This document shows, piece after piece, positions 1 to 8,756 of a stretch of 64,000 nt of DNA. The position numbers and the translations under genes are program-made. The stretch's first letter is position 1; each line of letters opens with the position of its first letter. The notes under the pieces are model-generated. The model worked only from the letters and a program-made list of their open reading frames with translations. It was not told the origin of the DNA and made no database searches. Source of the DNA: an uncultured delta proteobacterium (lineage in GTDB: Bacteria > Desulfobacterota > Binatia > UBA9968); assembly GCA_963840855.1 (NCBI GenBank), contig CAWJBB010000050.1, positions 96,001-160,000 of the forward strand, written 5' to 3'.

Positions 1-739
1 TAAACGCAAAGACCGCGAGCCGTTTTTGGTTAGCAAACACCAGCGGGCCCGAGGGGAGCACATAGAGTCCATCCGGTCGCTGCTTGTTTAACGCAGCAAA
101 TACCTTCTCGAAACCGTCCACATCTCGTACCTCCCAAGGCTGAATAGTCAACTTCAGCGCACGCGCCGCGACCGGGAGAACCTCTTTCATGTCGAGTTCA
201 GCGCCTAGATTGGCCGGATCGTAGAGAACCGCGACACGGGCAAGTTTGGGAACGGCCTCTTTGAACAGCTCCAGCCGCTTGCCGCTTAGTTGTCTGCTAA
301 CGTTTGTGATGCCGGTGACGTTGCCGCCGGGACGCGCAAGGCTATCGACCAGGCCTGACTCGACAGGATCGAGGCCACGGCCCACCATAACGATGGGAAT
401 CGTCTTGGTCGCATTCTTGGCCGCCTGGATCCAGCTGTTCCCTCCTGCTACTACGATGACATCGACCTTGAGGCTTATCAGCTCGGCCAGAAACCTCGGG
501 CCTCGATCGCGCTTCCCCTCCGCATATCGGTACTCACTGGCGATGTTCTGTCCTTCTATGTAGCCCAGCTCGTGCAGAGCCAGCCGAATTGTCTCAAAAA
601 AGGTGGACTCAGTAGCTGGATCGTTCGCCGACAGATACCCTATCCGCGGGACCTTCTTCGGCTGCTGCGCGTCGGCTATGACTCCAACAGCAAGTAGGAT
701 CACTACGAACAGGATTGACGAGACACCAGCTTTTTTCAT
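1..739 (-). CDS. ABC transporter substrate-binding protein (COG2984-type), runs off window (SBP0)
   Basis: ATG at 739 reads MKKAGVSSILFVVILLAVGVIADAQQPKKVPRIGYL; contains SLARPGGNVTG and GKRLELFKEAVPK motifs shared with the paralogs at 7.5-12.8 kb. Confidence 0.9.
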   Translation of the reverse strand, partial: MKKAGVSSILFVVILLAVGVIADAQQPKKVPRIGYLSANDPATESTFFETIRLALHELGYIEGQNIASEYRYAEGKRDRGPRFLAELISLKVDVIVVAGGNSWIQAAKNATKTIPIVMVGRGLDPVESGLVDSLARPGGNVTGITNVSRQLSGKRLELFKEAVPKLARVAVLYDPANLGAELDMKEVLPVAARALKLTIQPWEVRDVDGFEKVFAALNKQRPDGLYVLPSGPLVFANQKRLAVFAF

Positions 740-846
740 TGCAGACACCATTTGCGCATTACACGGAAGGTAGCAGAGAAAAGTGACATTTACGACAGAA
801 GGCGAAAGGTATTCCGTCGAGTGGAAAAACCAGATTTTTAGCCTGA

Positions 847-910
847 GATTGAATTGAACGACGCATCCGGCAAATCTCACAGGATGCAGTCAACAGAGAG
901 GGATTAGTTC
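847..910. repeat. Inter-cassette palindromic element P, copy 1 (right arm degenerate)
   Basis: gattgaattgaacgacgcatccggcaaatctcacaggatgc; inner stem gcatcc/ggatgc. Confidence 0.75.
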
Positions 911-1103
911 CGCGCCACGTTTAACGCTCGCCTCCCGCACAACCTCACGAGGGTTTTTGTCTTCACGCAAGCCGACGAAAGCGATTGCCGTAGATGCGCG
1001 TCCGGCGTCCACTTGGCAAACTCGATGTGGCCACTTTCATCGACAGCCACAATTTCGATCAAGAATTTGAAGCTCTTGAATGAAGCCTTATGGAGGAAAT
1101 GAC

Positions 1104-1532
1104 TCAAGAGCTGCGTCGATAGTCCAGAAACAATCCAGCTACTCTTTTGACGAGATCATCTATAACACGCCGGGTGGATTCGAGCTGCGCGCCAGCTTCT
1201 TTCCTAGGATCGGAAACCGGCCAATATTCCCATCTCGTCCGTGATGGAAAACTTGGAACGGGACCATCGAGGCTTCCCACGACTATGATTAAGTCAATAT
1301 CGTCGCGAGAGATTTCACCTAATCCTTTGCTGGCCCGCGTCAGTTTGATTCCGCGTTCCGCTAACGCCTCAACCGTTCCTCTGTCGGTGGGTCCAGGAAT
1401 AATACCTGCGCTGAAAATTTGCACTTGAGGAGAGTCTAGCCGCATTGCGATCGCTTCTGCTATCGGACTCAGGCAGGCGTTGTCCTGGCATAAGAACAGG
1501 ATTCTCCTATCGCGAATAATGTTTCTGACCAC
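1104..1532 (-). CDS. Low-molecular-weight phosphatase/arsenate reductase-fold protein with degenerate P-loop
   Basis: ILFLCQDNACLSPIAEA, SAG, DLII, W..SDP motifs; GGGGGAG RBS before GTG; Arg of CX5R replaced by Leu. Confidence 0.8.
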   Translation of the reverse strand: MVRNIIRDRRILFLCQDNACLSPIAEAIAMRLDSPQVQIFSAGIIPGPTDRGTVEALAERGIKLTRASKGLGEISRDDIDLIIVVGSLDGPVPSFPSRTRWEYWPVSDPRKEAGAQLESTRRVIDDLVKRVAGLFLDYRRSS

Positions 1533-1944
1533 TTTCTCCCCCCAATGATTTCAATGATTGACCCGAATTGTTTTACAGTACTGGTGCGGCTCTCAATTTT
1601 AGGAACGGCTTCCAGGCAACACCCTTTGGCGAGTGATCCGGCCAACGGAAAAGCTTCAGCCCAAAATCTATGGAACCGGGAATAGTAAGACTCCATCCGG
1701 AATTTGTCTTGACATTGTGCGCCATTCGATTGATATCTGCGGCGGCCTGGGTTGAGTTGGCGAGAAAGGTTTGACAAATCCACCGCACAAGGACAGGAGA
1801 TGAAAGAGGGTGCGTTACACGTTTTGTGATAATAAGAGCAGTCTGAGACGGCTAATGAAAGGCGCAACGGTTACTCGGCCACGCATATCATAACGACCAA
1901 GATGTCGGGGTGCCGCTCTTGGCAGCCAGAAGGCCAGACCACCA

Positions 1945-2047
1945 TGAGACTGAACTAAATGACGCGCGTCAATCGAATGCGACGTAGGATTGGTTTTGCG
2001 ATGGGGATGAATTCAGAGCGCTCAGATGGAGAATTCAGTTCAATCCT
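1945..2047. repeat. Palindromic element P, copy 2 (left arm degenerate)
   Basis: degenerate gagactgaactaaatgacgc at ~1946; intact right arm ggagaattcagttcaatcct at 2028-2047. Confidence 0.7.
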
Positions 2048-2223
2048 GAAATCGCCGCTTGGTTACTTGATCATCCGATCCGCAGCGCCCCTTTTTTCAT
2101 ACGCCGCCCGAGCCAGCCGAAGCAACATTGGGATTTTCATCAAACAGAAAGACGATTGACATCCCACCGGTCCGGCGATATTGCTCAGGCCAGAACAAAA
2201 GGTGGTTTAAAATTCCTATACAG
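2028..2223 (+). repeat. ~195-bp module copy A: P right arm + SBP 3'-end remnant + promoter
   Basis: near-identical to 3278-3469; ttacttgatcatccgatccgc (2063-2083) reads ADRMIK* on minus strand. Confidence 0.9.
2156..2184 (+). promoter_or_regulatory. Putative sigma70 promoter in module A
   Basis: TTGACA at 2156-2161 followed by gatattgc; conserved in module B. Confidence 0.5.
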
Positions 2224-2341
2224 AAAATCGCCTTTGGACGATCTGTCCTTTAATGGAAGGCTCTAAAGATCGGCCAAACAAAAGTTCAAATGTGATCGGT
2301 GTTTAATCCAGTGGATAGAAATAGCTCATTGGCAGAGTCGC

Positions 2342-2810
2342 ATGCTTGGATTGTTCAAGTCAGCATCATTTGTTGACCCACAGCTTGGCGAGTTACATCG
2401 CTCGCGCGGTGCATGGCGCGGAACACTCAAACTCGACGGTGAAGCGCCGGTAACTCTCATATTAAGCGGGAGCCGGCGCCGAAGCGTTGCGCATCGCACG
2501 GTCCTTGCCTTCAGACTACGCGTCCTGGCGGCCTGCTATCGAACGGGAGCTATTCGATCACTACTCACCATACGCGGAGACTGTTGCCGCAGGAGAACTG
2601 GATGCCCCTTCTTCGGGTCTACCGCCTATCGATGCTCCCTCCTCGGTCTGGGGTCATACGACCGTGGCGTTTGTTCAGGTAACTCCCCTTGGCGGTGTTC
2701 TCACTGTCGAGCTCGGTTATCGGGTCGCCTGGGATGAAGAACACACCTTGGGTGCTCGCTTTCGGGCTGGCCAGCTGTTTGAGTTATGCGGTAGTGTGTT
2801 AGCGCCATGA
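2342..2810 (+). pseudogene. Hypothetical protein (DUF6985-like), frameshifted near 2480
   Basis: ORF 2342 N-terminus continues in ORF 2487-2810 (WDEEHTLGARF). Confidence 0.6.
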
Positions 2811-3152
2811 CAGCGGCGCCCAACAACAGAGACGTTAACACTCTATCGAATTGTTTCTCCTCAATCCAAGAGTGCGCGTGAGTAGATTCGCCAGGCAAGG
2901 TTTTTAAAATGCGATTGGCGCCCAATCCAAGGGATAAAAGTAGCTCGTTAGCAGGGTCGTCGAGTAAAAGAAAACTAGGAATGTCAGGGTCGCCAGGGAT
3001 AGGCGAAGAAGTTTTGCCACGGATAAATCCTCCCTGTGTTGTTGCTTAGTGCCCGATATCGCAAATCCACGCCAAACGCCAGAGTTTCTAATTCGAGGGG
3101 AACACGTAGAGAGGTTCTGAGGCGTCGATCAGTTAGGCGATCTCTCCGAGGC

Positions 3153-3206
3153 TTCGACATCGACATCGACATCGAACACTGCCCGAACTGCGGCGGCAGC
3201 TTGAAC
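3153..3206 (+). mobile_element. IS91/ISCR-family transposase C-terminal fragment
   Basis: FDIDIDIEHCPNCGGSL resembles the VFxIDIExCPxCGGxL Zn-ribbon tail of IS91-type transposases. Confidence 0.6.
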
Positions 3207-3230
3207 ATAGCACATTCGCATAACCGCAGA

Positions 3231-3293
3231 ATTGAACTGATCGACGCAACGGGCAAATCTCACAGGATTTGTTAGACGGAGAAATTCAATCCT
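3231..3293. repeat. Palindromic element P, copy 3
   Basis: attgaactgatcgacgcaacgggcaaatctcacaggatttgttagacggagaaattcaatcct. Confidence 0.85.
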
Positions 3294-3469
3294 GGCATCG
3301 CCGCTCGGCTACTTGATCACTCGATCCGCAGCGCCCCCTCTTTCATACGCCGCCCGAGCCAGCCGAAGCAACATTCGGATTTTCATCAAACAGAAAGAGG
3401 ATTGACATCCCACCGGGTCCGGCGATATTGCTCAGCCAGAAAAAAAGGTGGTTTAAAATTCCTATACAG
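3278..3469 (+). repeat. ~192-bp module copy B: P right arm + SBP 3'-end remnant + promoter
   Basis: ctacttgatcactcgatccgc (3309-3329) = ADRVIK* on minus strand; TTGACA at 3402; identity with copy A ends at cctatacag. Confidence 0.9.
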
Positions 3470-3522
3470 CTATAGTTTAAATTTAAACGATAAAAGTCTA
3501 TCTACTCTCTTGGGGGGCATGA

Positions 3523-4239
3523 ATGACCCGTAGCGCGACGACAGGTGGCCTGGTCCAGGACCTGGTTCTGGCCAACCGAATTCTTGCAGATCAGGGCGTA
3601 TTGGACGGATTCGGGCACGTCAGCGCCAGGCACGATTCCGACCCCGGCCGGTTCCTGATCAGTCAGTCCCGGGCACCATCCGCCGTAACGGCCATGGATA
3701 TCATGGAAATCGACTTCGCGGGCAACCCCGTGCCCGGGACCGGTCTAAAGCCACCTCTAGAGCGATTCATTCACGGCGAAATCTTCAAGGCCCGCCCCGA
3801 CGTGATGGCGGTAGTTCACAGTCACTCGCCCTCGATAATTCCGTTTGGCGTTACGGGCGGCAACTTGCGCGCCATATGCCACGTTTGCGCGTTTCTAGGT
3901 AGCAAGACCCCGATATTCGAGATACGGGACGGCTTTGGAGACGCTACGGACCTCCTGATCAGGAATATCGAGACGGGAGCGGCATTGGCGAAGGCCCTCG
4001 GGGCAGCCCCTGTCATACTCATGCGAGGGCATGGAAATGCCGTAGTTGGCACGAGCATCCGGCATGCGGTGTATCGAGCTATTTATACGGAACTGAACGC
4101 CCGGCTCCAGTCGGAGGCGATGCGGCTTGGCGACGTCACCTTCTTGAGCGAGGCAGAGTCGAAGAACGCGACCCTGGGCGTGGAGGCGGATCTGTCGAAG
4201 CCTTGGGAACACTGGGTGAAAAGGGTGCGGGTCGATTAA
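3523..4239 (+). CDS. Class II aldolase/adducin family protein
   Basis: GHVSAR, ERFIHGEI, VHSHSP, LMRGHG motifs. Confidence 0.92.
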   Translation: MTRSATTGGLVQDLVLANRILADQGVLDGFGHVSARHDSDPGRFLISQSRAPSAVTAMDIMEIDFAGNPVPGTGLKPPLERFIHGEIFKARPDVMAVVHSHSPSIIPFGVTGGNLRAICHVCAFLGSKTPIFEIRDGFGDATDLLIRNIETGAALAKALGAAPVILMRGHGNAVVGTSIRHAVYRAIYTELNARLQSEAMRLGDVTFLSEAESKNATLGVEADLSKPWEHWVKRVRVD

Positions 4240-4336
4240 CACGAGCGCCGGCTACGAACCGAGCAACGCGTCGTTGAAAACCATTTGTCAGAAACCCGCT
4301 AGCAATCGCATTCGGAAGTGATATGAATCGCGCGCC

Positions 4337-6286
4337 GTGAGGATACTGGAGCCAATTACGTCTATGTCATCCAGCCCAATAAGCGATAGCCGCGTGCCGC
4401 TAGACGCGGTCCTGTGTACCGAGGAATTGAATCGACGGCCGCCGCGCCCGCCGGACTACGAGACGGAAATCCGCGCCCTGGTGACCCTGGCTCAAGCGCT
4501 GGCCGACTCGCCGCGAACCATTCTTCAGACATTGGCCGACAAAATCCTGGAAGTTTTCCAAGCTGGCTCAGCGGGCATCAGCCTGCTGACCAAGGACGAT
4601 GGCGGAAAAAGGTTCCACTGGCCGGCGATCTCTGGCGTGTGGAAACCGCACATCGGCGGCGGAACGCCGCGCGACTTTGGCCCCTGCGGCGACGTGCTCG
4701 ACCGTAACGCCGCGCTACTGTTCCGGCATTTCGAACTGCGTTACACCTATTTCCTGCCGGTGACGCCTCCAGTCGAAGAGTGCCTGCTCGTTCCTTTTTA
4801 CGTCGAGGGGAAAGCAGTCGGCACGATCTGGGCGATCGCCCACGACGCTCGCCGCAAGTTCGATGCCGAGGATCTCCGGCAGCTTGAAAGTCTCGGCCGG
4901 TTTGCATCAGCGGCATATCAGGCCGTGGAGTTTCTTGATGCATTGGAGCAACGATCCGAAGCATTGCGGCGAAGCAACGCCGAACTCGCCGAGCGCATGG
5001 CCGAACTCCGGAACGCCAACGCACAGGCTGAGGAAGCGCGCCGCGCCGCGCTCAACGCGAATGCCGATCTTGAAAACCGCGTCGCGGACCGAACCGCCGA
5101 CCTGCGGCGGAGTATTGCCGAACGCGAGGAACTCCAGGACCAACTGCTGCAATCGCAAAAGATGGAGAGCGTAGGCACTCTCGCCAGTGGTGTTGCCCAT
5201 GATTTCAATAACCTTTTGAATATTATATTAAGCCACGCCACCAGTATGCGCTTAGACGGCAAGAACCCTGCGACCATTTCCGAAGGTGCCGCTGTCATTG
5301 AAGAGACCGTCAGGCGGGGAGCCAGCCTGGTCCAGCAGCTCATGACGTTGGGCCGAAAGACCGAGACCAAGTTTGAGCCTGTAAGGCTTAACAGCTTAGC
5401 CGAGAAACTGACCAATCTTCTCACAAAAACCTTTCCCAAGACGATCATCATAATTCTGGATCTGGAGCCGGGGCTTCCTGTGATTAACGGCGACGAGAAC
5501 CAGCTACATCAGACTCTGCTCAATCTCTGCGTCAACGCGCGCGATGCCATGCCCGAGGGCGGCCGCATGTCACTCAAAACCGAAACGGTTTCGGGAACTG
5601 ATCTGCGACGCCACGTCCCGGAAGCAGCAGCAGAATGCTATGTCTCCATCAGTGTAACTGATCGTGGCATCGGCATGGACGATGCGACTCAGCGGCGCGT
5701 TTTCGAGCCGTTTTTCACGACCAAGCCGGTAGGAGAGGGAACTGGGCTCGGTCTCGCAGTGGTTTACGGCATCGTAAAAAATCACGATGGTTTCATAGAA
5801 GTAAAGAGTAAGCTAGGTCACGGGACGACCTTTTGGATCTACTTGCCGATTCCGAGCGAAGCCACACGGCAAACATCTGCAGCGGGATCAAACTACACTG
5901 CGCTAAAGCGAGCGGGTAGTGGGGAGACGATTCTTTTCGTCGACGACGAGGAGAGGCAGTTGAATGTCATGCGGCGTTTTCTTGAGAACGAGGGATACAG
6001 AGTTCTCAGCGCCCAAGACGGCGTTGAGGCGGTGGAGACTTTCAAGCAACACAAAGACGCGATCGCCGTGGCGGTGCTGGATTTGGGTCTCCCGCAACTC
6101 GACGGTTGGCAAGCATTTCAGCAAATGAGAGAAATTCGCCCCGAGCTAAAAGCGCTCATCGCTACAGGCCTGATCTCCCCGGAAGTCGAGGCTGAAATCG
6201 CGCAAGAAAAATTGTGTGCAGTGCTTTCCAAGCCGTACCAGCTAGATGACGTTCTAGAGAAAATTTCGCAGGCGATCCATGGTTAG
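4337..6286 (+). CDS. GAF-containing hybrid sensor histidine kinase/response regulator
   Basis: GAF, AHDFNNLL H-box, FEPFFTTK, GTGLGL, C-terminal receiver domain. Confidence 0.95.
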   Translation: MRILEPITSMSSSPISDSRVPLDAVLCTEELNRRPPRPPDYETEIRALVTLAQALADSPRTILQTLADKILEVFQAGSAGISLLTKDDGGKRFHWPAISGVWKPHIGGGTPRDFGPCGDVLDRNAALLFRHFELRYTYFLPVTPPVEECLLVPFYVEGKAVGTIWAIAHDARRKFDAEDLRQLESLGRFASAAYQAVEFLDALEQRSEALRRSNAELAERMAELRNANAQAEEARRAALNANADLENRVADRTADLRRSIAEREELQDQLLQSQKMESVGTLASGVAHDFNNLLNIILSHATSMRLDGKNPATISEGAAVIEETVRRGASLVQQLMTLGRKTETKFEPVRLNSLAEKLTNLLTKTFPKTIIIILDLEPGLPVINGDENQLHQTLLNLCVNARDAMPEGGRMSLKTETVSGTDLRRHVPEAAAECYVSISVTDRGIGMDDATQRRVFEPFFTTKPVGEGTGLGLAVVYGIVKNHDGFIEVKSKLGHGTTFWIYLPIPSEATRQTSAAGSNYTALKRAGSGETILFVDDEERQLNVMRRFLENEGYRVLSAQDGVEAVETFKQHKDAIAVAVLDLGLPQLDGWQAFQQMREIRPELKALIATGLISPEVEAEIAQEKLCAVLSKPYQLDDVLEKISQAIHG

Positions 6287-6522
6287 GGCTGGGGCAAACA
6301 ATGATCAACGAATATTCGGCCAAATTCCATCCCGTAAAACTCGGCCAACCCGGCTAAGTCGAAGCCGAATGTAATACCAGTGTCTTGAAACCGTACGACT
6401 TCCACCACGGAGCCCAGGCGACCGTCTTTGAGGATCGACCCGAAGGGATGCCAATAATGGGTATAAGGCGGCCCAGGAACGGCGCTGCCGGTGATCCAAT
6501 AGCCTTTGTAGCGTTCCATCAT
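6283..6522 (-). CDS. Small hypothetical protein
   Basis: 79-aa ORF overlapping the SRAP stop (coupled). Confidence 0.55.
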   Translation of the reverse strand: MMERYKGYWITGSAVPGPPYTHYWHPFGSILKDGRLGSVVEVVRFQDTGITFGFDLAGLAEFYGMEFGRIFVDHCLPQP

Positions 6523-7196
6523 AGCAGTTTGCCTTCAGCCGGGAGGATGCATTCCGGCGAATCGTTGCGGTGATTGTTCACAAAGGGTGACACGTCGTAG
6601 CCTTCCATCTTTTCCGGCGGATACGGTTTCAGCAAAGTGAGAGCATGAGCGATTTCGTAGTCAAGGGCAAGCCATTTAAACGCGTCGTCGTTACTGAGCA
6701 TGACGGGCATCCGATTATGGATCGGGCGCAACACGTCATTCGACTCCGTCGTGACAATCGTATAGGTCCGCAATGAACTTCCATCCGGTTGCTTCCAGCT
6801 ATCCCACAAACCGGCGAACGCGAACGGTTCCCCGGACTTGAGCTTGAACCGCATGGGGGCTTTTCGCTTGCCCCCTTGCCGCCACTCGTAAAAGCCATCG
6901 GCAAGAACGAGACAGCGGCGATTCCCCAGCAGCCCCCTGAAAGCCGGTTTCTCAGCGAGCGTTTCAGCGCGGGCGTTGATCATCACGTTACCGATGGCCG
7001 GATCATTCGCCCACCAGGTAATCAACCCCCACCGAAAAAGCTCGATTCTTCGGTTTGAGTCCGCTTGAACGATTACTGGCGCTTCTTGACTCGGAGCGAT
7101 GTTATATCGGGGCGTTAAACCGAAGATTTCATCGACATTCCAGGCAACGCGAAGGTCGGAAAATTCACGGGGAAAATAAGTGTAGCGGCCGCACAT
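6519..7196 (-). CDS. SOS response-associated peptidase (SRAP/YedK-HMCES family)
   Basis: N-terminal MCGRY, RYNIAP, INARAET, FYEW, IHNRMP. Confidence 0.95.
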   Translation of the reverse strand: MCGRYTYFPREFSDLRVAWNVDEIFGLTPRYNIAPSQEAPVIVQADSNRRIELFRWGLITWWANDPAIGNVMINARAETLAEKPAFRGLLGNRRCLVLADGFYEWRQGGKRKAPMRFKLKSGEPFAFAGLWDSWKQPDGSSLRTYTIVTTESNDVLRPIHNRMPVMLSNDDAFKWLALDYEIAHALTLLKPYPPEKMEGYDVSPFVNNHRNDSPECILPAEGKLL

Positions 7197-7416
7197 CACT
7201 AAGTATATCGCTACGGCGGATCGCGGTCAAATTTCACCTGCGGCGTATGATGCAGAAGGCGCGCAGGAACTACGGACAGGAATTTTGGTGGGCGCCGGGC
7301 GACCCTACGCCGGCCAGGGCGCCGGATGTGGAGGCGGCGGTGCCAGACTGAAAAGATCGGATAACTGTCGACCTGTCGGCACTTAGAATATCGAGAACGT
7401 TGCGGGCCACTAAAAC

Positions 7417-7517
7417 GACCTCGTTCTAGGCTATCACGCACACGGCAATTGCGAAAAGGATTTGCGGCAGAAGAGAACTACGTTTCGTCGAGAGAAAATA
7501 GGCCAAATTCGGCCTGA
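7417..7517 (-). promoter_or_regulatory. Orphan SBP leader (no SBP gene downstream)
   Basis: acctcgtt...ctatcacgcacacgg...gtttcgtcgagag...ggccaaa resembles the leaders at 8555-8660, 9747-9848 and 11949-12052. Confidence 0.65.
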
Positions 7518-7547
7518 GATTGAACTGAAGGAGAATTCAGTTCAATC
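7518..7547. repeat. Palindromic element P, copy 4 (minimal form)
   Basis: perfect 12-bp IR gattgaactgaa / ttcagttcaatc with 6-nt loop ggagaa. Confidence 0.92.
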
Positions 7548-7576
7548 CTGCGATTCGCTACTAAGTGTTTCTGCCA

Positions 7577-8551
7577 TCACTTGATCACTCTATTCGCTCT
7601 CACCAACACGTTCGGCGGAATCGTCAGGCCGATCTGTTTCGCTGTCTTCAGATTGATGATGAACTCAAACTTCGTCGGCTGCTCCACCGGCAGGTCGGCA
7701 GGCTTGGTGCCCTTGAGGATCTTGTCTACATAATACGCCGCACGCCTGAAACTTTCAGCTTCATCGGCTGAATAGGACATCAGGCAACCAGCCTCCACGT
7801 AATCACTTCTTTCACACATGGATGGTATTCGGTTCTTTATGGCAAGGTCAGCGATTAACTTTCGATGACTAATGGTCACACCCTGGGTATCGACAATGAG
7901 CGCGCTCACACGCCCGCTGGTCGCCACTTGGAATGCTCCCTCAAAATCAGGGTTTGGACCGCGAACCTCTAGCGAGAGAATCTGCACCTTTAGTGCGCGT
8001 GCCGCAGACTCGTAATCTGTCGTCAATCCGCCCAGGACTCCAATGCGCGACACTCCCGGAATCGCCTCGTTAAGCAATTCCAGCCGTTTACCGATTAAGT
8101 CCTTGGTGAGTCTCGTGAGTCCTGTGATATTTCCGCCTGGATGCGCTAAGCTATCTATTAGCCCAAGCGCGACTGGATCGCCGGTAATCATCATCACGAT
8201 GGGAATCGTCTTGGTCGCCTGTTTGGCTGCACGGATACCTGAATTAGCTGCGGAGACAAGCACATCGACCTTGAGCTGTACGAGCTCAGCCGCGAAGCCT
8301 GGAAGACGGTCCCCCACTCCCTCAGCATAGCGATACTCGACAAGGATGTTTTTCCCCTCAATATAACCGAGATCCCTTAGCCCTTGGCGGAATGCATTCT
8401 CGAACAGATCGGGACTAGTAGACGTCGGCTTGACCCTGTTCGACAAAAATCCGATCCGCGGGCCTTTGCCCGGCTGCTGCGCTTCGGCTGTAACTCCAAG
8501 AGCAAGCAAAAACACTGCAACCAGGATTGACGGCACCGCAGCCTTCTTCAT
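7577..8551 (-). CDS. ABC transporter substrate-binding protein (COG2984-type) SBP1
   Basis: signal peptide AEA-QQ; PGGNITG; PADLPVEQPTKFEFIINLKTAKQIGLTIPP. Confidence 0.95.
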   Translation of the reverse strand: MKKAAVPSILVAVFLLALGVTAEAQQPGKGPRIGFLSNRVKPTSTSPDLFENAFRQGLRDLGYIEGKNILVEYRYAEGVGDRLPGFAAELVQLKVDVLVSAANSGIRAAKQATKTIPIVMMITGDPVALGLIDSLAHPGGNITGLTRLTKDLIGKRLELLNEAIPGVSRIGVLGGLTTDYESAARALKVQILSLEVRGPNPDFEGAFQVATSGRVSALIVDTQGVTISHRKLIADLAIKNRIPSMCERSDYVEAGCLMSYSADEAESFRRAAYYVDKILKGTKPADLPVEQPTKFEFIINLKTAKQIGLTIPPNVLVRANRVIK

Positions 8552-8658
8552 TGCACACCTCGTTTCGAGCGTTACTTATCACACGGACGGAAATAAAGAA
8601 AAGTGTGAGTTACGGCGGGAGGCGATATGCGTTCGTCGAATACAAAGGCCAGAATCAC

Positions 8659-8734
8659 GCTAGGATTGAACTGAACGACGCAACGGACGAATCTCACAGG
8701 ATTTGTTAGACGGAGAATTCAGTTCAATCCTAGC
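8659..8734. repeat. Palindromic element P, copy 5
   Basis: perfect 17-bp IR gctaggattgaactgaa / ttcagttcaatcctagc with inner stem gacgaatc/gatttgtt. Confidence 0.95.
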
Positions 8735-8756
8735 ATCGCCGCTTTGTTTCTTTCGA

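Noticed and set aside
7284-7350. tRNA fragment or att site (tggtgggcgccg...)
   Set aside because: No TTC T-loop or cloverleaf, and it does not match either tRNA in the window.
8527-8709. Recurring + strand peptide RIELNDAxxxSHRI across the palindromes as a real small gene
   Set aside because: Copies differ by indels and stops and lack consistent starts; it is explained by DNA-level conservation of the repeat.
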